64,000 nucleotides of DNA from an uncultured Chitinophagaceae bacterium (GTDB lineage Bacteria; Bacteroidota; Ignavibacteria; UBA10030; UBA8401), in the NCBI GenBank assembly GCA_964355925.1, contig CAYHFN010000010.1, forward strand, positions 19,187 to 83,186, given 5' to 3'. A program made the translations under genes and the position numbers. The notes under the pieces are model-generated. The model was not told the origin of the DNA. It made no database searches and worked only from the letters and a program-made list of their open reading frames with translations. Numbering within the stretch: the first letter of the stretch is position 1; the number at the start of each line of letters is the position of its first letter. Positions 9,161-17,620 of the stretch are shown here, in pieces.

Positions 9161-11014
9161 TTACGGCAATTGCTTTTCATTCTTTTGGTATTCGTTCATC
9201 CATTCCCAGTTAGGAAATAAAATCGGAGTAGCCGTTATGACTCCGCCAAACCCGATCATTCGGCGAGTGTACATATTTGCCGGTTGAATCGTTACCTGCG
9301 AAAGTTTTTTATACCGAACCTCAACAGTATAATTTTTAGCAAGAGAAGCAACATATGTACTCATCAAACGATTTCGTTTTTTTTCTACTAAATTGTTCCT
9401 AATATTTATGGGAATAGAATCTGCCGTTGGCATATTTATTCCTCCAATTGATCTTTTCCCAAGTACTTTAAAGAGTGAATACCCTTCGTTGGTCTTAACA
9501 GGACCGACAATTGTTCCCGTGTCTGCAATGATTGCTCTCAATGTAATATCAGGATATTTGGTCAACGGTATAAATTGAGAAACACCTGCACGATCTTTCC
9601 ATTCTGCGCGCTTTGAATATGTTCTCGCTAAATCTTCCAGAGGAATACCACGAGAATATTCGCCCCAAACATACATTGCGGTGGTCAGACTATCGCTCAA
9701 TACTTCTTGAACATTCACTTCATACGCGGTTCCTATCCTGGGAAGACTTGAACGCAATCCCTCCAGCAACTCATCATTGGAGACAGAGACCGAATCATTG
9801 ACGCGCCACATCAAAAATCGCGATATCCAATAATTTGACCACGATTGCAGGTCTCGCTGAACTGATTCAGAGTAGTGAAGATTTTGACGATATCCTTCGC
9901 GCGACATCAGTTCGGCTTCAATGATTGTGCGAAGATGATAGTTGAGCGCGCGGACAAATGAATTCTCATCGAGCAACGGAAATCCTAATCGTAGATTTCT
10001 CATTGCTTCAATCGCTTCTCCAAATAACAACGGGCGATCATTAAGTTCAACAAACGATTTCTGAATATCTGAATGGAAATACGTCAACATATGATCAACA
10101 TCTTCAGACATAACACCAAAGAGCCCTTTGTTTACGTGACGAGCAGAATCTTGAATAATTATTGTTCTCAGTTTTTTTGCAAGCGCAAAGAACAACAGTG
10201 AATCAGTTTTTGCCTTTTGCGGAGATAGTATTTTTGCAAAATACCGGCGGGCAACGATATTCTCTTTTCTCTGCCGTATCGTTTCATCAACACGGATCCG
10301 CCGATCGCCGGAATTCATTTTTTCATAGACGGGATTTGCTCCCCGGTCAATAATGAGTGCAACGGTCCAGCCATAGGTACTTGATATGAACGGTTTAGAG
10401 AATTTCTTTTTGCCAATTGCATATACTTCATTTTCAAACAATGTATCTAATCCGCCAAAATTAACCTGCACAGTTTCAACAGCAGTGATAAACGTCGGCC
10501 GGATGGTTGTTGCAATTTTTGTAAGTGAGATATTCTTATTCAACATTTTCACAAGAGAATCACCATCGGATAGACTTTTTACAGCAATGGCAACAATGTG
10601 AAGCTGCCACGCAAATTTAACAAGTCCATCCCGCATCTCACTTTCAGAAATTGTGACCTTCTGTTTCACTTCACGTTTGAATAGTTCATCACGCACGAAC
10701 ATTTTTTCCATTCCGCGGATCTTTAATTCCGTTAGTTCATCCGATCCAACATTTAGTTGTTTACCTTCGATCGCCAGTAAACGTTCCGCAACAAGTGAAT
10801 TCAAAGCTTTTATCTTTGAGGAATCATGTTGATTTGGATTTTCCTTCCCTTCCCACGGCATCAACTCGATCCGTTCGATCAGATCTCGCTCTGTAATCAC
10901 ACTGCTCCCGACACGAGCAAGAGTATCCAATGAAAGCGGTGGTGCGGTTTTCTGCGCATGAAGAAAAATACTGATAAAACATATTATGGAAATGATAAAC
11001 AAACTTTTTTTCAT
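9161..11014 (-). CDS. SurA/PpiD-like periplasmic chaperone with parvulin-type peptidyl-prolyl isomerase module
   Basis: 617-aa ORF with signal peptide MKKSLFIISIICFISIFLHAQ. Long helical SurA-N-like region. Parvulin-like segment near the C-terminus (IVGPVKTNEGYSLFKVLGKR). The stop lies 1 nt from the upstream GH5 gene. Confidence 0.55.
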   Translation of the reverse strand: MKKSLFIISIICFISIFLHAQKTAPPLSLDTLARVGSSVITERDLIERIELMPWEGKENPNQHDSSKIKALNSLVAERLLAIEGKQLNVGSDELTELKIRGMEKMFVRDELFKREVKQKVTISESEMRDGLVKFAWQLHIVAIAVKSLSDGDSLVKMLNKNISLTKIATTIRPTFITAVETVQVNFGGLDTLFENEVYAIGKKKFSKPFISSTYGWTVALIIDRGANPVYEKMNSGDRRIRVDETIRQRKENIVARRYFAKILSPQKAKTDSLLFFALAKKLRTIIIQDSARHVNKGLFGVMSEDVDHMLTYFHSDIQKSFVELNDRPLLFGEAIEAMRNLRLGFPLLDENSFVRALNYHLRTIIEAELMSREGYRQNLHYSESVQRDLQSWSNYWISRFLMWRVNDSVSVSNDELLEGLRSSLPRIGTAYEVNVQEVLSDSLTTAMYVWGEYSRGIPLEDLARTYSKRAEWKDRAGVSQFIPLTKYPDITLRAIIADTGTIVGPVKTNEGYSLFKVLGKRSIGGINMPTADSIPINIRNNLVEKKRNRLMSTYVASLAKNYTVEVRYKKLSQVTIQPANMYTRRMIGFGGVITATPILFPNWEWMNEYQKNEKQLP

Positions 11015-11015
11015 A

Positions 11016-13007
11016 TTATTTTATAACTATAAGTTTTTTTGTTTGTTGAAATTCTCCGGCATGCAATGTATAGAAATAGATCCCTGCGGCAAGATCCGAT
11101 GCAACAAATTTCGCGGAATAACTTCCTGCGGATTTGCGTTCATTCACTATTGTAGCAATTTCTTTTCCAAGAATATCTTTTATGGTGATCGTTACCTGAT
11201 TGCTGACAGGGATTGTATAATTGATGGTTGTTGCAGGATTGAACGGATTCGGATAATTTTGTTCGAGAGTAAATTGTTTTGGAAACGATTGTTCATCGTC
11301 AACAGACATTACACCAACATACGCGATATCGAAATAATTGACATTGAAACCGCCGAAAAAGAATGCTGTCTTTAATATATGGGTTCCTGCAGTCAGATCA
11401 AATTTTCCGATGCTTTGTGTCCCCCACGACTGATATCCACCCGTTGCCAAGACGCTGGCCACAGTAAGAGGACCTCCGTCAACACCAACTCCGATCGATC
11501 CGCCTGTATTAGGTGCTGCAAGGCGTGCTGCGATATTGTATTTACCATCCTGTTGTACGGTGATCGTAAATGTCAAATATTCTCCCGATGCAGTCCACCC
11601 AACATTGTATCCATTGTTGATCGCATCGGTGCATTTTTCAATATCCACACCATCGTTACGAAATGACCAGCCGGTATTCCATGCCGTGAAAGGATTATTA
11701 AAATTTTGAAAATCATTATCTTTATATGCGCCGAGATTTTTTCCTAGATCATAATTCACAGCAAATATCTTTCCAGGGACAGTATTGACCGTAAAAGGTT
11801 TATTCGTCGTCTCAAACGGCTGCCGTATCATCGCATCGACAACGTCGGGACGGAAAATGCAGTTTTGCAATTTCAACCCTTCAGCCATTCCCATCAATCC
11901 TTTCATTGCAACTACTGCGGTAGGCTTTGCTGTTTGTCCTTTCCAATACTTTATCAGAGTTTCATACTCAGGTGTATTAGGAACAGAGTACGGTCCAGCA
12001 ATTGTTTCGAATTTCTTCAACGTCCACCATGACCAGCCGATCTTGTTTGCTTCCATCATTGAGATACAATCTGTGAACCAAGTATTTGAATTTTCTCCGG
12101 ACTCACCGAGCCATAACGGTCTATTTTCGGCAGTACGCAGGGCAAGAAGATAGTTGATCGTTCCAATATCGTTCGTATTCCAGTATTTATGGAAACTATA
12201 GACCAAATTTTTATCCCACGCAGGAGTAAGTCCGCCGAAGTCTGTAGCATACCAATTCCCTTCTGCAAAAATGATATGATTAGTATCAACCTGACGAATT
12301 GCACTTGTGATGGAAAGATAGAGGCTCCGTAATGGAACATTTCCGGTACCAAGATTCCATGCCGGTTCATTGAGAATATCGTAACCGCCGATCCATGGTT
12401 CTTTTGCATAACGTTCAGCAAGTTTTTTCCATAACGCAACGGTGAGAGTTTTATTCGATTCAAGATCCCATAATGAAGGGTACAATAAATTATAGTCACT
12501 GATAGCATTCGCGCTTTGTCCACCGGGAGCTGCGTGAAGATCAAGAATAAGATACATTCTATTGTCACCGCACCATCGCAACAGACTATCCATTACAACA
12601 AATCCGGATTCGATCCATACATCAGGCTGGTTTTGTTTTACGAAGAATTGAAAGTGCATCGGCATGCGGACGGAGTTAAATCCAAGCTGTCCGAGCCGCT
12701 CAATATCTTTTCTCGTAACAAAATTGGATCTAAACGTAGTAAAGAATGTATCGACATTTTGCGGACCGACGACTTCGACAATCTTATTCCGAATCTCCCA
12801 CGCCGCATTTGCAAAATCCGACATGCCGAACATATATCCTTCGGGAACATGCCATCCGCCGAGTCCCATACCTCGCAGGATCACTTCTTCATTTTTTTCA
12901 TTGACGATCTTTGTTCCGGACACTTTCAGATACCCTTGAGCAACACTGATTGAAGAAAATAATACAATGAATATGAATAGTTGAAAAATAGTTATTATGC
13001 TTTTCAT
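11016..13007 (-). CDS. GH5 beta-glucanase with CBM6 and T9SS CTD
   Basis: 663-aa ORF with a signal peptide. GH5 blocks VILRGMGLGGWHVPEGYMF, acid/base YDILNEP and nucleophile WLGESGENSN. CBM6-like NDGVDIEKC...GWTASGEYLTFTITVQQDGKYNIAARLA. CTD LEQNYPNPFNPATTINYTI...KKLIVIK. The ATG overlaps the upstream stop (ATGA at 13004-13007). Confidence 0.85.
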   Translation of the reverse strand: MKSIITIFQLFIFIVLFSSISVAQGYLKVSGTKIVNEKNEEVILRGMGLGGWHVPEGYMFGMSDFANAAWEIRNKIVEVVGPQNVDTFFTTFRSNFVTRKDIERLGQLGFNSVRMPMHFQFFVKQNQPDVWIESGFVVMDSLLRWCGDNRMYLILDLHAAPGGQSANAISDYNLLYPSLWDLESNKTLTVALWKKLAERYAKEPWIGGYDILNEPAWNLGTGNVPLRSLYLSITSAIRQVDTNHIIFAEGNWYATDFGGLTPAWDKNLVYSFHKYWNTNDIGTINYLLALRTAENRPLWLGESGENSNTWFTDCISMMEANKIGWSWWTLKKFETIAGPYSVPNTPEYETLIKYWKGQTAKPTAVVAMKGLMGMAEGLKLQNCIFRPDVVDAMIRQPFETTNKPFTVNTVPGKIFAVNYDLGKNLGAYKDNDFQNFNNPFTAWNTGWSFRNDGVDIEKCTDAINNGYNVGWTASGEYLTFTITVQQDGKYNIAARLAAPNTGGSIGVGVDGGPLTVASVLATGGYQSWGTQSIGKFDLTAGTHILKTAFFFGGFNVNYFDIAYVGVMSVDDEQSFPKQFTLEQNYPNPFNPATTINYTIPVSNQVTITIKDILGKEIATIVNERKSAGSYSAKFVASDLAAGIYFYTLHAGEFQQTKKLIVIK

Positions 13008-15937
13008 TTGAGTATCACCATTTTTTTCTGCGAAGAATATGTTCCCGCATGTAATTGATAGAAATAGATTCCGCTCGATAATTGAAATCTTGTACTTGAA
13101 AATTGATATCGATGAATGCCGGCTCCTTGCTCGTCATCGATCAACGAGGCAACTCTTTTCCCAAGAACATCATAGAGAGTCAGCAGTACATTACTCTTTT
13201 CAGAAAGTTGATATTCGATCACCGTTGTTGGATTGAACGGGTTGGGATAATTTTGTGACAAACTAAATTCAGTCGGGACATTATTTTCTTTCCCTTGTAC
13301 CGATACTACACCTGTACCAAATGCTTCTATTCCGAACCACAATGTTTTTGAAGATGATTGATCGAGTGGAACTGTATACATATTGGGCGAAACAGGATGC
13401 AATAATACTGATTCGGAAACTTGTCCCGTTGCATTCAGTGAGTGTACAATAATAGAGTCCGCCTGCATCACAAGTGAGAGTTGAACATTGAGCGGCTGCA
13501 TCTGCGTCGGTATTTGTCCCCATTTGTCGTGCACTGTTCGAATTCCATCCCAAACCATATTCGTATTTTGAAGTCTGGATGAAATAGTGATTAACGAACG
13601 ACGTGAATATCTCAGTGAATCATCGGTTAGAGAAACCCAAGTAATCGTTCCAAAATCATTTGCGGATTTTACAGTCATCGGTCCGACGGCAACATTGGGA
13701 AACGAATTCAATAATCCGGTAACGCCGGCAAATTTTCCTGATGATGCCGTAAATATTCCATCGGTATTCCAAACCAATTCCTTTGTATCGCTCACGTATG
13801 GATTGACAGGAGCGGAAGGTAATGCGGCAAAATTTGTTGTGCTTGATGCGGAATACGATTCAGTCCGAACGCCGTATTTCAATGCAAGTTGTTTAGGATA
13901 GAATGATAGTCCTTGCCAGCTTCCATCATCAATCATCGGAGCGAGCATAATTGTTTCGGGAGAGAATTGAATCGAAAGCAATTGTTTATAGCGTGAAATA
14001 AATCCATTGCGGTATGCATATGCACATGACGGCATTAGTGACATCATTGCCGAGTTTCGTGAAATGTTGAAGTACCCGTTCTGTTTATCTGTTTCCCAGT
14101 CATCGGATGTGCCGTTATAATCGAAGAACATCAGTCCATCCACATCATGAAACGATGCATACGAAGAAAGGAACAAAACACCTTCCGTTTGATACCGATT
14201 GGGGAACGCATGATTATATTCGCTGATGGTGTACGGTTTATTTTTCATGCCGACACCTGCCATCAGATCGGGAATTGTTCCTCCCGACGTCGATTTTACC
14301 ATCGGTGTATTATTGATAAGCCAATCTGTTGAAGACCATGGTATCGATGGAAATGATGGATGATCCCAATACGAATGATTGTCCATGTAATCCATCGACT
14401 CCTGGGCAGAAAGATCTGCAGAACCGACATTCCAGTTTGTTCCAACGATTGGAACTTTTACACCGAGTGAATCTTTGAGATACGAACGTATCTGAGTATA
14501 AAAGTCTATCTCGATCTTTAGAGTGAATGCAGAAATATCTTTCACTCGTTGCTGCGTAAAACCGCTGCATTCACTGTATTCGATCCTGCGGACATTTCCG
14601 GATTCGATCGATTCGTTCGGAAGAAGTCCCTGCGTACTTGGCTGTGTTACCGAAATCTCATCGAACCAATACGTTCCTTTTTGTCCGCCAACGACAAAGG
14701 CAATCCGAATGTCATTCAGAATTGTTTCCGATGCTCGAATGATGTACGAATAATTTTTCCATTGCGGCGTAAGTTGTATCGACATTCCGCCGTACCACGT
14801 ATACGGACTTGTTTCTTTCGTTATCATCGTCGATATCGTTCGAGTGCTGTCTGAACGCGCAGCAAATTTTACAATGTAAATTGAATCCTTTCGAATCGAT
14901 AATCCAACTTGTTTGAATTGCAAATGCCAATCCGTACCATCCACTTGCGAGACAGTAACTTTTCCGGAAAAATTTCCTTTGTATGCACCGGTAAGGTCAT
15001 TCGATATTGCCGCTTGTGCCGCGCCGTTTTTTTCTATTAACCAATTTGCTGAAATCGATGCATTCTCAAATCCTCCTTCGCGAACCAGTTCAGATGATGT
15101 GCGGTCAACCAAACCGATATTCCAAGCGGTCTGCAATTCAGTGGTTGACGGATATTTTGATTTGAGAAATGAGATCCATAAACTATCCAGCATGTGTATA
15201 TGCCTCATCGCTAATTGTCCGCCGAACGCTTTGGGTTTCAAAACACCATCTCTCCATGAACGATAGAGTGAATTCTCATTCGTTATTTCCATCATCGCCA
15301 TTACCGGATCGTTCGGCAATGATTTTCCTGTATATGGATTGATGTGTGTAAGCAGTTGTTTGGCATACTCTTTATGGAGAGCAATATGCTGCGGGTCAAA
15401 ATAGTTCACGATCTTACTGAATTCTGGAAGCGAATCATAATCCGGCACGTTATCTTGTACACGGAATGTTCTGCTCACATGAAGATTCATATTGATGTAG
15501 ATCCCGTTCTTTTTCATTTCCGCGATCATATTTTCCATACGATCCAGCGTTACGGGATTCAAATGACGGGTATCTTTCCCCGATTCAAAGATGCTTTGCG
15601 CGCTCCATGGATTATCCAAATGATGAAACCGAACAAGATTGAAACCCATTTTACGAAGATGTCCCGCAATGAACCAAGCTTTGGTCTTCGTTGGGAATGC
15701 GGCGTCGGCGGCAAAATTAGTTCCGAAAAATCGAATGGGTTTTTCTTGAACTGAAAAATGTCCATTACCATCAATTGATACAAAATCTTGATCACTGATA
15801 ATTTTGGCTGGAAAGTGAGGCAGAAACATGCTCAAAGCAGTATCCTGGGCCGGGAAAGAAAAATTAAATCCACTGCTGAACGATTGCGAAATCCCCTGCT
15901 GAATAATTACAACAATAATAAACAAGAATTTTTTCAT
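13004..15937 (-). CDS. Large secreted TIM-barrel glycoside hydrolase (cellulase/GH5-superfamily-like) with CBM-like middle region and T9SS CTD
   Basis: 977-aa ORF with a signal peptide. N-terminal region IRFFGTNFAADAAFP...LRKMGFNLVRFHHLDNPW and MEITNENS (NE acid/base context) is typical of clan GH-A barrels. GGFENASISANW suggests a CBM4_9-type module. CTD LSQNYPNPFNPTTVIEYQL...KKMVILK. ATGA overlaps occur at both ends. Confidence 0.55.
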   Translation of the reverse strand: MKKFLFIIVVIIQQGISQSFSSGFNFSFPAQDTALSMFLPHFPAKIISDQDFVSIDGNGHFSVQEKPIRFFGTNFAADAAFPTKTKAWFIAGHLRKMGFNLVRFHHLDNPWSAQSIFESGKDTRHLNPVTLDRMENMIAEMKKNGIYINMNLHVSRTFRVQDNVPDYDSLPEFSKIVNYFDPQHIALHKEYAKQLLTHINPYTGKSLPNDPVMAMMEITNENSLYRSWRDGVLKPKAFGGQLAMRHIHMLDSLWISFLKSKYPSTTELQTAWNIGLVDRTSSELVREGGFENASISANWLIEKNGAAQAAISNDLTGAYKGNFSGKVTVSQVDGTDWHLQFKQVGLSIRKDSIYIVKFAARSDSTRTISTMITKETSPYTWYGGMSIQLTPQWKNYSYIIRASETILNDIRIAFVVGGQKGTYWFDEISVTQPSTQGLLPNESIESGNVRRIEYSECSGFTQQRVKDISAFTLKIEIDFYTQIRSYLKDSLGVKVPIVGTNWNVGSADLSAQESMDYMDNHSYWDHPSFPSIPWSSTDWLINNTPMVKSTSGGTIPDLMAGVGMKNKPYTISEYNHAFPNRYQTEGVLFLSSYASFHDVDGLMFFDYNGTSDDWETDKQNGYFNISRNSAMMSLMPSCAYAYRNGFISRYKQLLSIQFSPETIMLAPMIDDGSWQGLSFYPKQLALKYGVRTESYSASSTTNFAALPSAPVNPYVSDTKELVWNTDGIFTASSGKFAGVTGLLNSFPNVAVGPMTVKSANDFGTITWVSLTDDSLRYSRRSLITISSRLQNTNMVWDGIRTVHDKWGQIPTQMQPLNVQLSLVMQADSIIVHSLNATGQVSESVLLHPVSPNMYTVPLDQSSSKTLWFGIEAFGTGVVSVQGKENNVPTEFSLSQNYPNPFNPTTVIEYQLSEKSNVLLTLYDVLGKRVASLIDDEQGAGIHRYQFSSTRFQLSSGIYFYQLHAGTYSSQKKMVILK

Positions 15938-17607
15938 TTCAATACTATCATCCTTCGAATCTGTGAGAATGTTCCTGAAGAAAGTTTATAAAAATAGACA
16001 CCGCTTGATAATTGGTACCGAGATGATGACAGCGCGATCGAATATGATCCGCGATCTTGTTCTTCATTCACCAACACTGCTGTTTCTTTTCCAAGTAAAT
16101 CATAAAGTTTCAACGAGACAATACCTATATTAGCAATACTGTAATGAATGATCGTGATTGGATTAAACGGATTTGGATAATTTTGGAATAGTGTAAACTC
16201 CGTTGGAGTTTGATTACTGTTCCCCGAAACAGTTAACGGAGAACCTGTCAGTTCAATATCGATCCAGTTCGTCCGGTCTTTGATCCACTTTTTAAGATAC
16301 GTTATTTCATTGGTGTAGCTTCCTCCGACATACACATTGGGCCATACATATGAATTCAATATCGGCCATTTAATAAAATTCCGTTGTTGGGATTCTGAAA
16401 GATGCACAACCAATGAATCGATGAACGTATTGATCTTATTCAACGAGAATTGATTCTTACGCAGATCAATCCATCGTGATTTCACTTTTCCCATAAATAT
16501 TTTGTCTTGGAGCAATCGATTCCACCAGAACGGCGGCTGAAATTGATCGACCGATTTGAATGAATCACTGGAATTAAAATAGGTCAACTGCCATCCATTG
16601 ACCAGAGAAGCATAATAATAATTGCTATTTCCAAAACCATGATTGTAGTCCCAAACAGGTCCAAGAAAAAGTTTATTGTTTTTTGAATCTCTATCTTTAT
16701 ACAAATAAAAGCTCAAGCGAAAACCGTCAACATTTTTTGTCAATTCATTGATTAGAAAATAATCGATCGCTGAGCTTACATCAAGGATCTTTGAATACCC
16801 TTTGACGGTATCGTTATATTCTGGCATCATCATGTTCACTTCAAAGTTAAACATAAAGTTCTTGATGTATGTCTTCTGATCCTCAGTAATATCTTCCGGT
16901 TTTGGATATGTATATTGATATAAGATTTTTTGCTTTGCACCATAGAATGGAGCAAATGTAGAATACCATCCTTCGTTTCCGGTTATATCAAGTTTATCGA
17001 TCTTAAAAATGTAACCACCAGTCAACGCATCGCCGGTAGTGCCGGTAGAATCAAGTTTCGAGATATTCACTCGATTCTTGTCCCGTTTGATCTTTTCAAA
17101 CAGCATATAAACACCCCTGTATTCTCCGTTGATCACAACTTCACAATATCGTGTTCGGCTGGCATATCGTCCGATGGAATTTGAAAGTGAATATGTTATT
17201 ACATCTCTCATCAAAGCCTTGTCATTATATTGCGCCGATAATATCCAATCACTTTCTTCCGGAAAACCCAGCAATGGAACATCGATACTTGAACCGAACG
17301 TATCACGCGTTTCAAATCCATACTGTTTTTTAGGGAACATTTGAGAAGATGAACCTCTTATTTCAATACCGATCTTTCCGTTATAATGATTGAGAGAATC
17401 AGTAAGATTGTTCCTTTTCCCTTCACCATTGTAAATGATCCCCATATCAGCAGTGATCTTCGGGTCATCGACAATGGTCTGTCCGTTGGAATTGATGACA
17501 ACAATGGGAAGATTCGATGATGTAAATGTCTGTGCTACAATTTTTGTTGTTCCAATGCTGCAGAAACAAACAATAAGTAAAACAAATTCACATGCTGGCT
17601 TTTTCAT
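15934..17607 (-). CDS. Secreted CotH kinase-fold family protein with T9SS CTD
   Basis: 557-aa ORF with a signal peptide. CotH-family blocks PKKQYGFE, YCEVVINGEYRGVYMLFEKIKRDKNRVNI and GPVWDYNHGFGN. CTD LFQNYPNPFNPITIIHYSI...RRMIVLK. Confidence 0.75.
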   Translation of the reverse strand: MKKPACEFVLLIVCFCSIGTTKIVAQTFTSSNLPIVVINSNGQTIVDDPKITADMGIIYNGEGKRNNLTDSLNHYNGKIGIEIRGSSSQMFPKKQYGFETRDTFGSSIDVPLLGFPEESDWILSAQYNDKALMRDVITYSLSNSIGRYASRTRYCEVVINGEYRGVYMLFEKIKRDKNRVNISKLDSTGTTGDALTGGYIFKIDKLDITGNEGWYSTFAPFYGAKQKILYQYTYPKPEDITEDQKTYIKNFMFNFEVNMMMPEYNDTVKGYSKILDVSSAIDYFLINELTKNVDGFRLSFYLYKDRDSKNNKLFLGPVWDYNHGFGNSNYYYASLVNGWQLTYFNSSDSFKSVDQFQPPFWWNRLLQDKIFMGKVKSRWIDLRKNQFSLNKINTFIDSLVVHLSESQQRNFIKWPILNSYVWPNVYVGGSYTNEITYLKKWIKDRTNWIDIELTGSPLTVSGNSNQTPTEFTLFQNYPNPFNPITIIHYSIANIGIVSLKLYDLLGKETAVLVNEEQDRGSYSIALSSSRYQLSSGVYFYKLSSGTFSQIRRMIVLK

Positions 17608-17620
17608 GATAATCGTGATG

